A stretch of DNA of 64,000 bases from Alphaproteobacteria bacterium (GTDB lineage Bacteria; Pseudomonadota; Alphaproteobacteria; UBA9219; RGZA01). The translations under genes were made by a program, and so were the position numbers. Below, in pieces: positions 19,325-29,634 of the stretch. The first letter of the stretch is position 1, and each line of letters begins with the position of its first letter. The stretch spans positions 99,954 through 163,953 of the forward strand of contig JANRLI010000005.1 in the NCBI GenBank assembly GCA_033762625.1, given 5' to 3'. A model generated the notes under the pieces. It had not been told where the DNA came from and did no database searches. It saw only the letters and a list, made by a program, of their open reading frames with translations.

Positions 19325-20468
19325 GTGGGCGAAGTAAAATATTGTTCGCTAAAAAATAAGTGTAAAGCTGCGACGCCACAGAAGATAGATAACCTTGCTC
19401 CTTATGGCAAATCTCGAATGCGATGATGGTGCCACATTGGCGCGGATTGCGGATTAACGGGTGGTTTTGCAATTGGTTAAGCTGCGCGGATTGCATGGCG
19501 CAAACATTCTTAATGATGCTGTCGGTATTATTTTCGCGCCATAGTTTGAGATTGGCCAGCGCCGCCGCGCAGGACAACGCATTGCCGGTATAGGATGATG
19601 AATGCCAGAAGGTTTTTGATTTATCTTTTTTATAAAATGCGTTGTAGATGGCATTGCTGCACAAGGTTGCGCCAAGCGGTAACAATCCGCCGGTAATTCC
19701 TTTTGATACGCACATGATATCAGGCGTTATGCCTGCCTGTTCGCACGCAAAACGCGTACCTGTGCGGCCAAAGCCCGTCATCACTTCATCGGCAATTAAA
19801 ATGATGCCATGCGCTGCGCATAAATCGGAAAGCGTTTTCAGAATTTCTGGCGTATACATTTTCATGCCGCCAGCGCCGAGTACCAAAGGTTCAAGAATTA
19901 GCGCGGCAATGTCGCTTCCATTCGTTTTCAATAATGCCTTGAATGCATCAACCATGCTGTTAAACGGCAGACGTTCAACTTTGAATAAAAAGGGTGCGTA
20001 GATTTCATTGAACACAGAAGGCGCGCCCGCAGCCATCGCGCCGAAGGTATCGCCGTGATAACCATGTTCAAGCGCGACAATCGTCTGGCGCGGTTTACCG
20101 TTATGCGCATGAACGCCAATTGCCATTTTCAGAGCTGCTTCAACAGCTGTTGAGCCACTGTCGGACAGGAACACATAGTCAAAAGCGTTATTGGTGAATT
20201 CCAGTAATTCTTTTGCAAGTTCTTCAGCGGGTGCGTGGGTAAAGCCTGCAAAAATCACCTGATCGAGCTTGGCCGCCTGTTCTTGCACGGCGTTGACAAT
20301 CGCGGGGTGGCAATGGCCGTGGGTGTTGACCCACCATGATGAAATGCCGTCGATAATCTCGCGGCCATCCTTGGTATATAGCGATGCGCCTGAAGCGCGA
20401 TCAATGAACACTTCGCTATCTTGCAGCGCGTGCTGGGTAAACGGATGCCAGAGCGGAGAAGGGGTCAT
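19200..20468 (-). CDS. bioA: Adenosylmethionine-8-amino-7-oxononanoate aminotransferase
   Basis: 422 aa class III aminotransferase. BioA N-terminus ...LWHPFTQH. PLP Lys region CVSKGITGG. Confidence 0.9.
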   Translation of the reverse strand: MTPSPLWHPFTQHALQDSEVFIDRASGASLYTKDGREIIDGISSWWVNTHGHCHPAIVNAVQEQAAKLDQVIFAGFTHAPAEELAKELLEFTNNAFDYVFLSDSGSTAVEAALKMAIGVHAHNGKPRQTIVALEHGYHGDTFGAMAAGAPSVFNEIYAPFLFKVERLPFNSMVDAFKALLKTNGSDIAALILEPLVLGAGGMKMYTPEILKTLSDLCAAHGIILIADEVMTGFGRTGTRFACEQAGITPDIMCVSKGITGGLLPLGATLCSNAIYNAFYKKDKSKTFWHSSSYTGNALSCAAALANLKLWRENNTDSIIKNVCAMQSAQLNQLQNHPLIRNPRQCGTIIAFEICHKEQGYLSSVASQLYTYFLANNILLRPLGDTVYVLPPYCISEQHLARITRVIGNALDAIGSGSLKSAA

Positions 20469-21085
20469 ATAAAATCACTTTTATTGAAATTGCTGTTAAA
20501 TAGTTCGGTCAGTGATGCCGCAGAAATTTCGTTAAGTACGGGAATATGGCCCAATAGTTTTGCCATAGAAAAATCGATGATGGTTTTGATGGTGTCCTTG
20601 TTTTCGGGCCCAAGAAAAATGATGCCGTGCAAGGGAATACCATGCACCTTTAGTGCCTGCACGGATAATAAAGTATGATTAATGGTTCCAAGTTCGGTTC
20701 GCGCGCACAGAATAACCGGGGCGTTCATTTGTTTGAACACGTCAATCATCAGCACGGTGCGCGTGACGGGAACCATCAATCCGCCTGCGCCTTCAATCAA
20801 TAACGTGCGCGGTGTATGGGGCGGTTTTAGCTTGGCGATATCAATTACGCGGCCTTCGCTTTCCGCTGCAATATGCGGGGAAGCGGGCATTTCAAAGGAG
20901 TACACTTCATTATGAAAACGGTTGGCGGGAAGTTGGGTGAGTTTGCGCAGTGTGTTGGTGTCGGTTTCCGTGCCGCTTTGAACCGGTTTCCAATAATCGG
21001 CATCAAGCCCAAGCATTAGCATGGCAGAGGTCAGCGTTTTGCCAATGCCCGTTCCGGTTCCTGTGATAATAAATTTTTTGCTCAT
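20465..21085 (-). CDS. bioD: Dethiobiotin synthetase
   Basis: Start placed at M5 (MSKKFIITGTGTGIGKT P-loop), which gives an ATGA overlap with the bioF stop. The stop overlaps the bioA start (ATGA). Confidence 0.85.
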   Translation of the reverse strand: MSKKFIITGTGTGIGKTLTSAMLMLGLDADYWKPVQSGTETDTNTLRKLTQLPANRFHNEVYSFEMPASPHIAAESEGRVIDIAKLKPPHTPRTLLIEGAGGLMVPVTRTVLMIDVFKQMNAPVILCARTELGTINHTLLSVQALKVHGIPLHGIIFLGPENKDTIKTIIDFSMAKLLGHIPVLNEISAASLTELFNSNFNKSDFI

Positions 21086-22170
21086 GCAATTTCCCACAAG
21101 GCTTTGCCAAGCGCGGTTACATCTTCCTTGCGCAAGCTGGCATTGAGCGTGATGCGAAGGCGCGATGAACCATTGGGCACGGTGGGCGGGCGAATGGCGC
21201 GAACATCAAACCCTTTGGCTTGCAAAGCCATGGCTGCGGCCAGCGCTTTTTGCTCCTCCCCCAAAATATAGGGGATGATAGGCGTGGGTGATGGCGGGGA
21301 TGGAAAAACATTGCGCGCCAAATCACACAGCGCGAATAAATAGGCGCGTTGCTCATCAGCAGCGGCGCATAGTTGCAATGCTTTGCTAACCAATAGGGCT
21401 TGCAGCGGCATGGGCGCGGTTGAATAAATGAATGGCCGCGCTTTATTGATAAGGGTTTCTATGATTTCTGAAGATGCGCAAACAAGCGCCCCCGCAACGC
21501 CCAATCCCTTACCGCAGGTATGCAGCGTGATGAGGTTTGGCGAATGCAGCCCAAAGGTCAGCCCTTTGCCTTTTTCACCGAATACACCTGTGGCGTGCGC
21601 TTCATCCACTACCAACATCGCATTATATTTTTTACAAAGGTTGATGAGGTCAGCAAGTGGCGCAAAATCACCATCCATGCTGTAAATGCTTTCCACCACT
21701 ATCCAGCAGGTCTTACCGGAATTATTTTTTAGATTTTCTTCAAATGCATTCACATCATTGTGCGGGATGCGGATATGTTTGGCGGGGTTGCTTTGAATGC
21801 CATCACGCAAACTGGCATGGATAAGCCCATCAAATAAAATTATATCATGCGATGCGGGCAGTGCAGTCATCAGCGCATGGTTTGCCGAAAAACCGCTACT
21901 GAAAAATAATGCCTGCTCACATCCAAAAAATTCTGCGGCTTCATGTTCCAATTGTTCATGCGCGGGATGATTGCCGCGCAGCAGGCGTGAACCGCCCGAA
22001 CCGATATCTAGCCCGTTTTGCAGTGCTTCCATGGCGCAAGCGCGCAGCGCCGGATGCGTTTTAAACCCCAAATAGTCATTCGAAGTAAAATCTATGCCCA
22101 TGGCTGGTGAAAGGGCGCGAAAACGGCCTTCTTCCTTCAGCCTAGACAGGGTTGCAGAGTAACGGTTCAT
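21082..22170 (-). CDS. bioF: 8-amino-7-oxononanoate synthase
   Basis: 362 aa alpha-oxoamine synthase. PLP Lys region HTCGKGLGV. Sits in a bioF-bioD-bioA operon. Confidence 0.85.
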   Translation of the reverse strand: MNRYSATLSRLKEEGRFRALSPAMGIDFTSNDYLGFKTHPALRACAMEALQNGLDIGSGGSRLLRGNHPAHEQLEHEAAEFFGCEQALFFSSGFSANHALMTALPASHDIILFDGLIHASLRDGIQSNPAKHIRIPHNDVNAFEENLKNNSGKTCWIVVESIYSMDGDFAPLADLINLCKKYNAMLVVDEAHATGVFGEKGKGLTFGLHSPNLITLHTCGKGLGVAGALVCASSEIIETLINKARPFIYSTAPMPLQALLVSKALQLCAAADEQRAYLFALCDLARNVFPSPPSPTPIIPYILGEEQKALAAAMALQAKGFDVRAIRPPTVPNGSSRLRITLNASLRKEDVTALGKALWEIA

Positions 22171-22223
22171 GTCCTAATAATAGGGAAACATTTTAAAACC
22201 ATCCAGAACCATTCAATAATCAC

Positions 22224-23198
22224 ATGCCAGATTGCACTATTTCGAATTCACCCACCCGTCATGACTGGACGGTTGCCGAAATTCAGGCTTTGCTTGAATT
22301 GCCGCTGTTTGAATTATTAGACCATGCGCGCGCGGTTCACCGTGCGCATCAGCCGAATGATGTGCAACTTGCAAGTCTGCTTTCGATTAAAACCGGCGGG
22401 TGCCCCGAAGATTGCGGCTATTGCCCGCAAAGTGCGCATCATGCCAAGGAAACCGGTGTTGCCAAAGAACGCCTGATGCAAGTTGATGCCGTATTGGAAA
22501 AAGCACGTGCGGCCAAGGCAGCTGGCGCGGCGCGGTTTTGCATGGGCGCGGCATGGCGCGAAGTTAAAGACGGCGCAGAATTCGATGCGGTATGCAAAAT
22601 GGTCGAAGGCGTGCGCGAATTGGGTATGGAGGCCTGCGTGACCTTGGGCATGCTTAAGCAACATCAGGCTGAAAAACTGAAGGCAGCAGGTCTTACCGCA
22701 TATAACCATAACCTTGATACATCGCCGGAATTTTACGGCAATGTGATAACGACACGTGATTACGATGACCGTTTGCAAACCTTATCGCATGTGCGTGATG
22801 CGGGCATTACGGTATGTTGCGGCGGTATTATCGGCATGGGTGAGACCACGCATGACCGCGCTAGCTTATTGCAGACCCTTTCAAACCTGACGCCGCATCC
22901 CGAAAGTGTGCCCATCAACGCATTGGTTGCTGTGAAAGGAACGCCGCTGGAAAAACAAAAGCCTGTTGATCCAATTGATTTGGTACGCATGGTGGCGGCT
23001 GCACGTATTACCATGCCAAAGGCGCGTGTGCGGCTATCGGCAGGGCGTTCAACTCTGAGCCGCGAAGCGCAGTTATTGTGTTTGCTCGCGGGTGCAAATT
23101 CATTCTTCTACGGCGAAAAACTACTGACCACGCCAAATAACGATACAATTGCTGATCTGGAATTGCTCAAAGTTGCTGGCCTTGCAGCGAGCGCATAA
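22224..23198 (+). CDS. bioB: Biotin synthase (radical SAM)
   Basis: [11 protein letters not shown] radical-SAM cluster motif. Transcribed divergently from bioF. Confidence 0.9.
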   Translation: MPDCTISNSPTRHDWTVAEIQALLELPLFELLDHARAVHRAHQPNDVQLASLLSIKTGGCPEDCGYCPQSAHHAKETGVAKERLMQVDAVLEKARAAKAAGAARFCMGAAWREVKDGAEFDAVCKMVEGVRELGMEACVTLGMLKQHQAEKLKAAGLTAYNHNLDTSPEFYGNVITTRDYDDRLQTLSHVRDAGITVCCGGIIGMGETTHDRASLLQTLSNLTPHPESVPINALVAVKGTPLEKQKPVDPIDLVRMVAAARITMPKARVRLSAGRSTLSREAQLLCLLAGANSFFYGEKLLTTPNNDTIADLELLKVAGLAASA

Positions 23199-23210
23199 AA
23201 CCAAGGCATA

Positions 23211-23240
23211 AAAAAAGGGCGGCTAGTGCCGCCCTTTCTA
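23211..23240. terminator. Bidirectional rho-independent terminator between bioB and the convergent downstream gene
   Basis: aaaaaaa-gggcggc-tagt-gccgccc-tttctatt. 7-bp GC stem flanked by an A-run and a T-rich tract. Confidence 0.65.
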
Positions 23241-23255
23241 TTGATACTGTGTAAG

Positions 23256-23843
23256 TTATCCAGCGATGTTTTGCGATACCATGCAATACAGCATTGGCAG
23301 GGACAAAACGAAGTTGGTACGTGAGGCTAGCATCGCGGTGCGGGCAGCCTTTGCTTTTGCTGCATCGTCAACGGTTACGATGCCCAATGCTTTTTGCTGG
23401 TTTGGCCAGATGATAAACCAGACGTTTGCAGCCATAATAAGTGCAAGCCACATGCCGATGCCGATGGTGCGGCTGCCTTCCAGGGTTAGCGCGCTGACGA
23501 GATAACCTTTGATATAGGCAACCAGCAAACCAGTTACAACGGTTGCAAGCGCAGACCAGCGGAACCAGAATAAGGCTTCTGGTGCAATGAATTTGCCAAC
23601 CGCTGGTTTCAGTTCAGCAGGGATTTTCGGCATGGTGGGGATTTGCACAAAGTTGAAGTACCACAGCAAGCCAATCCACAAAATGCCGCATACGACATGC
23701 AGCCACACTGCGACATTGATGTGCAGCGTTACCATTTGTGCGGCGTCATTCATCAGGTTACTGTGCAATCCAAATAATGCTGCAAGGGCCAGCACGACGC
23801 TTAAGCCTAAAGCAGGGTAAAGTTTTTCAAGAATTTTTGTCAT
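23256..23843 (-). CDS. Conserved integral membrane protein of unknown function (HemJ/PuuD-like topology with conserved His/Trp)
   Basis: 195 aa, ~5 TM. Motif HINVAVWLHVVCGILWIGLLWYFNF. Confidence 0.35.
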   Translation of the reverse strand: MTKILEKLYPALGLSVVLALAALFGLHSNLMNDAAQMVTLHINVAVWLHVVCGILWIGLLWYFNFVQIPTMPKIPAELKPAVGKFIAPEALFWFRWSALATVVTGLLVAYIKGYLVSALTLEGSRTIGIGMWLALIMAANVWFIIWPNQQKALGIVTVDDAAKAKAARTAMLASRTNFVLSLPMLYCMVSQNIAG

Positions 23844-23943
23844 GGAAGGAAACCTTCTAAGGGAGGTGGTGGGTGGGGTATAAGAGTATGGGCAAGCCGG
23901 ACTTCGCCGTCAATATGACTAAAAAGCGCATCACGTAATGGGC

Positions 23944-24654
23944 TTAAATAAGGCTTTCAAAATAACTTTTGCGTTCATTAAAATACGACATTAGCGCCGT
24001 GCGTGCATCTTTGGACAGCAGCGATGTGGGCACGAAAATATCTTCTTTCACAACGCGCAGGATTTTTTCATAACCAAGTTGCGCGAGCAGTTCCACAAGA
24101 CCTTCCTGCACGGGCTCGTTTTCACATAATATAACGGGCTGCATGCGGCGCAGTGTTTCAACACCGCCGCGCACGACGTTCAATTCCCAACCCTGCACAT
24201 CCATTTTGATAAAATTAATCTCGGATATCTTAATGCTATCCAGCGTTTTTAAATCGGCGGTGGTGGATGTCGCGCTGCGGTTTTCAAACGTGCCAAATGA
24301 ACCTGCGCCGCTATTGTGCACATCGCCTGGCATGTAAAACGATTTTTGCGTAATGGTATCGGAAAGGCCGAAGGGATAGATAATCGCATTCCTGTCTGCC
24401 AGATTTTTACGCAGACATTCCACATTTTCCTTTCGCGGTTCAAAGCAGATGACTTTTTTGAATACAGTTGAAAGCGGTCGTGCCCATAACCCCACATGTG
24501 CGCCGATATCCAGTGCGCAATTCAGCGGTATATTGATGGCGCGGCAAACGCCCACCCCCATTTCCCGCTGCAAAATTTGGTAATCCCCATGTGCAAGAAA
24601 CGACTGGAAATGCGTTTCATCATCAGGGAAATAATAGCCGTATTCCAATTTCAT
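23944..24654 (-). CDS. FkbM-family SAM methyltransferase
   Basis: ALDIGAHVGLWARPLS ... VICFEP pattern characteristic of FkbM. Confidence 0.65.
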   Translation of the reverse strand: MKLEYGYYFPDDETHFQSFLAHGDYQILQREMGVGVCRAINIPLNCALDIGAHVGLWARPLSTVFKKVICFEPRKENVECLRKNLADRNAIIYPFGLSDTITQKSFYMPGDVHNSGAGSFGTFENRSATSTTADLKTLDSIKISEINFIKMDVQGWELNVVRGGVETLRRMQPVILCENEPVQEGLVELLAQLGYEKILRVVKEDIFVPTSLLSKDARTALMSYFNERKSYFESLI

Positions 24655-24872
24655 TGTGATTCTGGGCGTGTTTTGGCCGGGTTCGCTGCTTTATTAATCA
24701 ATACCATGTTTCTTCGTTATCAGTAGCTTAACAGGGTTGAATGACGAGTATAGTGCATGTGCTGCAATCGCAATAACAGCCTTTTTGTTTTGACTGGAAA
24801 GCTCGGCTAGCCTATAAAAAACCACACTTTGCTTCTAGTGCATGAAGCGCATTTAACATTTATTTATTCTTT

Positions 24873-25724
24873 GTGAGGAAATCAATGAACAAGCTCGAAC
24901 GCCAAATGCTCGACATTCTGAAACAGGGCCGTGATGAATACGGATATCTTGCTGTTAAAGCCGAGTTCGAAGCAGAAGGTACGCGCGTTGAAGAATTGCT
25001 TCGCCTGATTGAAATTGCTCGCAAAGCAAATGTTAAAATCGGTTTGAAAATTGGTGGCTGCGAAGCGATGCGCGATTTGCTGGAATCAAAACAGCTTGGC
25101 GTCGATTACATCATCGCGCCGATGGTTGAAAGCGTTTATGCCTTAAGCAAATTTATTGATTCAAAGAACAAGGTTTATTCGGCAGACGAACAAAAAGACA
25201 CTGACTTCCTGTTCAATCTTGAAACCGAAACGGCTTATGGCCAATTGCAGGGCCTTGCTGATGAAGCACGCAAGCCCGGTGGTTCCAACGGTATTGTGTT
25301 TGGCCGCGTCGATTTCTCCCTCTCCAAGGGATTCTCGCGCGAGGACATCAACGAACAGAAAGTGACCGATTATATTCTTGAAACCGCAAAGGTTTGCAAA
25401 GCCAAGGGCCTTGATCTTGTCGTTGGGGGTGGCGTTTCCATGGATGCTATTTCCGCGCTGCGTCAGGTCAATAAAATCATCCTTACCCGTTTTGAAACCC
25501 GCAAGGTTATTTTTGACGGTAAGGCGATTGAACAAAAAGAAATCGACAGCGGATTGCTGAACGCGGTTCACTTCGAATTGCTATGGCTTCTTAACAAGCG
25601 CGAATATTACGGCGCTATTCAACGTGAAGATGCCAAACGCATCGACATGCTGGAAGCGCGCTGGAAGATTTTGCAGGCCGAAGCAGAAGCGCAAGGCAAG
25701 CCTGCTATCGCCCTTGCATCCTAA
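24873..25724 (+). CDS. TIM-barrel aldolase / citrate-lyase-beta-like protein (HpcH/HpaI-like, tentative)
   Basis: 283 aa. Central motif [12 protein letters not shown] resembles the HpcH/CitE PMVE motif. First gene of a + strand sugar operon. A start at MNKLERQ (24885) is possible. Confidence 0.35.
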   Translation: MRKSMNKLERQMLDILKQGRDEYGYLAVKAEFEAEGTRVEELLRLIEIARKANVKIGLKIGGCEAMRDLLESKQLGVDYIIAPMVESVYALSKFIDSKNKVYSADEQKDTDFLFNLETETAYGQLQGLADEARKPGGSNGIVFGRVDFSLSKGFSREDINEQKVTDYILETAKVCKAKGLDLVVGGGVSMDAISALRQVNKIILTRFETRKVIFDGKAIEQKEIDSGLLNAVHFELLWLLNKREYYGAIQREDAKRIDMLEARWKILQAEAEAQGKPAIALAS

Positions 25725-25733
25725 GCGTGTGCT

Positions 25734-26477
25734 GTGTCAAACAGCGCCACATCATCTGAATTGACCAAAGCCCCGCGGGTGCTGCTGTTTGGCGGCGCAG
25801 GGGCCATTGGCTCTTCGCTTCTTGAAAAATTTCTGGCCGAAGGCTGGCAGGTTATTGCAACCGGCCGACATGCGCCAACTGCGCCTGTTGCTGATGGCGT
25901 GACATGGCTGGAGCTTGACCCGTTTGCTGAAAATTTTGATGGCAGCGCGTTAGATAAGTATGGCCAATTTTCGGCAGTGTGCTGGGCCCAAGGCGCAAAC
26001 ATCAATGATAGCGCCTATGATGTGGATACGCAGCAGCACATGGAATTGTATCGCGCGAATTGTTTGTTTGTGGTGATTACCTTACAAAAATTGCTGAGCC
26101 GTAAACTGCTCTCGGATTCTTCACGTTTGTGCGTCATCAGTTCTATCTGGCAGAATATTGCCCGCCAGAACAAATATTCCTATTGCATCACCAAGGCGGC
26201 TTTGCAGGGGTTAGTGTTATCCGCTGCTGCTGATCTGGCAAGCGATGGCCATTTGATTAATGCGGTATTGCCGGGTGCACTTGATACACCGATGACCCAG
26301 CGGAATTTAAGCCCCGACCAGATCAAGCAACTGGAAACCGCAACCAAATTCAACCGCATGCCGAAGTTAAATGACGTATCGAACCTCGTGTTCCATTTAT
26401 GCTCGCCCAATAACACCGGCATTACCGGCCAATTTATTGCATCGGATTTAGGATATAGCCATGTCCGCATTATCTGA
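25734..26477 (+). CDS. Short-chain dehydrogenase/reductase
   Basis: Rossmann motif LLFGGAGAIGSSL. Catalytic YCITKAAL (YxxxK). Confidence 0.7.
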   Translation: MSNSATSSELTKAPRVLLFGGAGAIGSSLLEKFLAEGWQVIATGRHAPTAPVADGVTWLELDPFAENFDGSALDKYGQFSAVCWAQGANINDSAYDVDTQQHMELYRANCLFVVITLQKLLSRKLLSDSSRLCVISSIWQNIARQNKYSYCITKAALQGLVLSAAADLASDGHLINAVLPGALDTPMTQRNLSPDQIKQLETATKFNRMPKLNDVSNLVFHLCSPNNTGITGQFIASDLGYSHVRII

Positions 26478-26632
26478 GTCTATTTATAATTCAGACTGCG
26501 GCGTTAGCTTTTTGGCGTTTTTTCCGCTTCCGGTGCTCACGTACTTAAACGTACGCTGCGCTCCGGTTCTCAAAAACCACCAAAAATCCTTAGCCGCAGC
26601 AAAATTCTAAACAGACTCATCTGAGAACCACC

Positions 26633-27733
26633 ATGCAGCAAAAATTCTCTATCTCATCATCAACAGGCAACTATGATGTTGAAGTTGCTTCCGGGCTTTA
26701 CCAGCAATTCATGGCGCAGGGCCAGAATCTTATTGCCATCTGCGATGAACGCTTTGCCGCAGATTTTGAAAAGGCAGGCGTAAAGGCGATTGCATTGAGG
26801 TCGGAAGAAACCGTTAAAAGCCTTGATGCCATTCCCGCCATCATCACGCAGTTGCGCAAATTGGGCACCACGCGCGATACCTTATTACTGGCGGTAGGCG
26901 GCGGTATTGTTCAGGATGTTTCCGCGTTTTGCGCAGCGATTTATATGCGGGGTTTAGACTGGATCTATATGCCAACGACCTTGCTTGGCATGGCCGATAG
27001 CTGCATTGGCGGTAAATCATCCATCAATGTCGGTGAATATAAAAATATTGTTGGCACATTTAACCCGCCGCGCCGTGTATTAATTGATCCAGCTTTCACT
27101 GCAACATTAAACGCCGAACAAATCGCTGCTGGCATGATTGAGGCGGCAAAAATCTGTTATTGCCGCGGGCTGGATAGCTGGAATGCGTATATGGCAACCA
27201 CACCATCCGCCACGATGGGTGAGGGCGGGTTTGCGCGCGTTATCGCAACATCCCTTGCTGCCAAGAAATGGTTCATCGAAACCGATGAGTTTGATAAGGG
27301 CGAACGGTTATTGCTTAATTTCGGCCACACCTTTGGCCATGCGTTGGAAGGTGCATCGCATTACCGCGTCAGCCACGGGATTGCAGTGGGCGTGGGGATG
27401 CTATGCGCGCTGGCGCTCGAAGAACGCATGGGTGCAAATTACGCATCGCAGCCGCATGTTGCGGTGATGCGCCAGCATGTTGAAGAATTGTTGGCGCTGG
27501 TAACGGATTTGCCTGCTGCATTGGAAGGCGTAACTGCGCCTGATCTTTTCGACCGTTTTTCATCCGATAAAAAGCATAAGGTTGATGGTTATCGCGTCGT
27601 CGTGGTTGCTGCAGATGGCCGCGCCCAATTAAAGACCTTGCCAAAAAATGATGAAAGCCGCACACATCTCACGGCCGCGATGGAACACGTTCTGACATCG
27701 CTTCGCAAAAAAACCAACCGCGCTGCTGCGTAA
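26633..27733 (+). CDS. 3-dehydroquinate-synthase-family enzyme (sugar-phosphate cyclase superfamily) embedded in the glycan locus
   Basis: GGGIVQDVSAFCAAIYMRGLDWIYMPTTLLGMADSCIGGKSSIN and LNFGHTFGHALE closely follow the DHQS NAD/metal motifs. Confidence 0.75.
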   Translation: MQQKFSISSSTGNYDVEVASGLYQQFMAQGQNLIAICDERFAADFEKAGVKAIALRSEETVKSLDAIPAIITQLRKLGTTRDTLLLAVGGGIVQDVSAFCAAIYMRGLDWIYMPTTLLGMADSCIGGKSSINVGEYKNIVGTFNPPRRVLIDPAFTATLNAEQIAAGMIEAAKICYCRGLDSWNAYMATTPSATMGEGGFARVIATSLAAKKWFIETDEFDKGERLLLNFGHTFGHALEGASHYRVSHGIAVGVGMLCALALEERMGANYASQPHVAVMRQHVEELLALVTDLPAALEGVTAPDLFDRFSSDKKHKVDGYRVVVVAADGRAQLKTLPKNDESRTHLTAAMEHVLTSLRKKTNRAAA

Positions 27734-27751
27734 CTTCCGATAGGACCCCAT

Positions 27752-29524
27752 ATGAAATACAGTGATTTATTGGCTGATTGGCTTGTTGAAGCTGGCTATA
27801 CCACCTGCTTTTTTCTGGCGGGCGGAAACATCATGCACATTCTGGAATCATGCAGCCGCAAGATGAAGATGGTGCCGGTGGTGCATGAAGTGGCGGCGGG
27901 AATTGCGGTTGAGTATTTCAATGAATCCCAAAGAGGGGAAACCAAAAAAAGCGAACGCGCCTTTGCGCTGGTCACCGCTGGGCCAGGCCTTACCAATATT
28001 ATCACCGCCATGGGCGGCGCATATCTTGAATCGCGCGAATTGCTGGTGATTGGTGGGCAGGTAAAAACGGCAGATTTGGCGCGCGGTAAACTGCGCCAGA
28101 ACGGTATTCAGGAAATCGACGGCGTTGCGCTGGCAAAACCGGTTTGTGTGCTATCTACATTAATGGATGATGTTGTTGCGCAGGATAAATTTACCGACAT
28201 GGCAAAAGCGGGTAGCAGCGGCCGCAAGGGGCCGGTGTTTATCGAATTACCGCTGGATATTCAGGCGCGTAATGTTGATGAAAAAACATTAAACAAACCA
28301 ACCACGTCCAAAGCCACATCATTTAATCCGATTGCAAAGGGTGATCTGGAAAAACTGGCAGCGCGCATTAAAGATGCCAAACGTCCTGTATTATTACTGG
28401 GCGGCGGAATCGACCGCGATGTTGCGGCAAGCATCCATTTCGAAAAACTGGGAATTCCCGTGACCACCACATGGAATGGCGCTGACCGTGTGCCGGCGGA
28501 TATGCCAAATTATTTTGGCCGTCCGAACACATGGGGCATGCGTTATTCGAATTTGGTAATGCAGCAAGCGGATGTGCTGGTTGCATTGGGCACACGCCTT
28601 GGCATGCAACAAACCGGATTTAACTGGCAGGAATTTGTGCCCGTTGGAAAAGTCATTCAGGTGGAATGCGATAAAGCCGAATTGGAAAAAGGGCATCCGG
28701 TGGTTGATTGGCCGATTTGCGGCGATGCGAATGAGGTTTTGAAATTTTTAAGCAGCGCAAACCTTGGCGAACATAAAGAATGGATTGACCATTGCCGTTT
28801 AATCAAAAAAGAACTCCCCATGGTGGAGGAAGGCAATACAACAGGTGAAGGATTTATCTCGCCATACCATTTTGTCAGCAAGCTTTCTGCCCTGTGCGAA
28901 AAAGGCGATGTGATTATTCCATGCAGCTCTGGCAGCGCTTTTACCAGCATGATGCAGGTATTTGAATTAAAGCAAGGCCAGCGAATGGTCACCAATAAGG
29001 GCCTCGCATCGATGGGGTATGGGCTTTCCGGCGCGATTGGCGCAGCCATGGCGGCAAATGGCCAACGCACGATTTTGGTGGAAGGTGATGGCGGCTTTTC
29101 GCAAAACATTCAGGAAATCGGCACGGCTGCTGCCAACAAGCTAAACCTCAAAATCTTTATCTATGATGATAATGGTTATGCATCTATTCGTATGACGCAG
29201 AGCAATTATTTTGGTGGCCGCTATGTGGGCTGTGATGGCGCAACGGGTTTGGGTTTGCCACACTGGGCAAAATTATTCTCGGCGTGGGATGTGCCAACAA
29301 TGAATTTAAAACCCGGTTTTGAAAACGATGCCGCGTTCAAAAAAGCCTTTGCTGAAAAAGGTCCGGCTGCTTTTATCGTTCCGGTTGACCCCAAGCAGAC
29401 CTATTTCCCCAAAATTACCAGCCGCGTTACTGAAAGCGGCGGCATGGTATCGAATCCCTTGCACCGGATGTCGCCAGACCTTCCTGAGGCGCAGTATGCC
29501 AGACTTGCCAAATACCTTGCTTAA
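27752..29524 (+). CDS. Thiamine-diphosphate-dependent enzyme of the acetolactate-synthase large-subunit family (YerE-like candidate)
   Basis: 590 aa. N-terminal Pyr domain (TAGPGLTNIITAMGGAY). ThDP-binding motif EGDGGFSQNIQEIGTAA ... YDDNGY. Confidence 0.8.
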   Translation: MKYSDLLADWLVEAGYTTCFFLAGGNIMHILESCSRKMKMVPVVHEVAAGIAVEYFNESQRGETKKSERAFALVTAGPGLTNIITAMGGAYLESRELLVIGGQVKTADLARGKLRQNGIQEIDGVALAKPVCVLSTLMDDVVAQDKFTDMAKAGSSGRKGPVFIELPLDIQARNVDEKTLNKPTTSKATSFNPIAKGDLEKLAARIKDAKRPVLLLGGGIDRDVAASIHFEKLGIPVTTTWNGADRVPADMPNYFGRPNTWGMRYSNLVMQQADVLVALGTRLGMQQTGFNWQEFVPVGKVIQVECDKAELEKGHPVVDWPICGDANEVLKFLSSANLGEHKEWIDHCRLIKKELPMVEEGNTTGEGFISPYHFVSKLSALCEKGDVIIPCSSGSAFTSMMQVFELKQGQRMVTNKGLASMGYGLSGAIGAAMAANGQRTILVEGDGGFSQNIQEIGTAAANKLNLKIFIYDDNGYASIRMTQSNYFGGRYVGCDGATGLGLPHWAKLFSAWDVPTMNLKPGFENDAAFKKAFAEKGPAAFIVPVDPKQTYFPKITSRVTESGGMVSNPLHRMSPDLPEAQYARLAKYLA

Positions 29525-29634
29525 CGCTGGTTTTTAAGGGGCAAAAAGCGCTAAGCGGTGTTTGCCAGCCAGCCTAAATAATGCTATCAAAGCCCCACAA
29601 AAAAGATGGGTAACCGGACGAGCGAGGCAAGGCC

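Noticed and set aside
22317-22778. 153-aa ORF on the - strand inside bioB
   Set aside because: It is antisense to biotin synthase.
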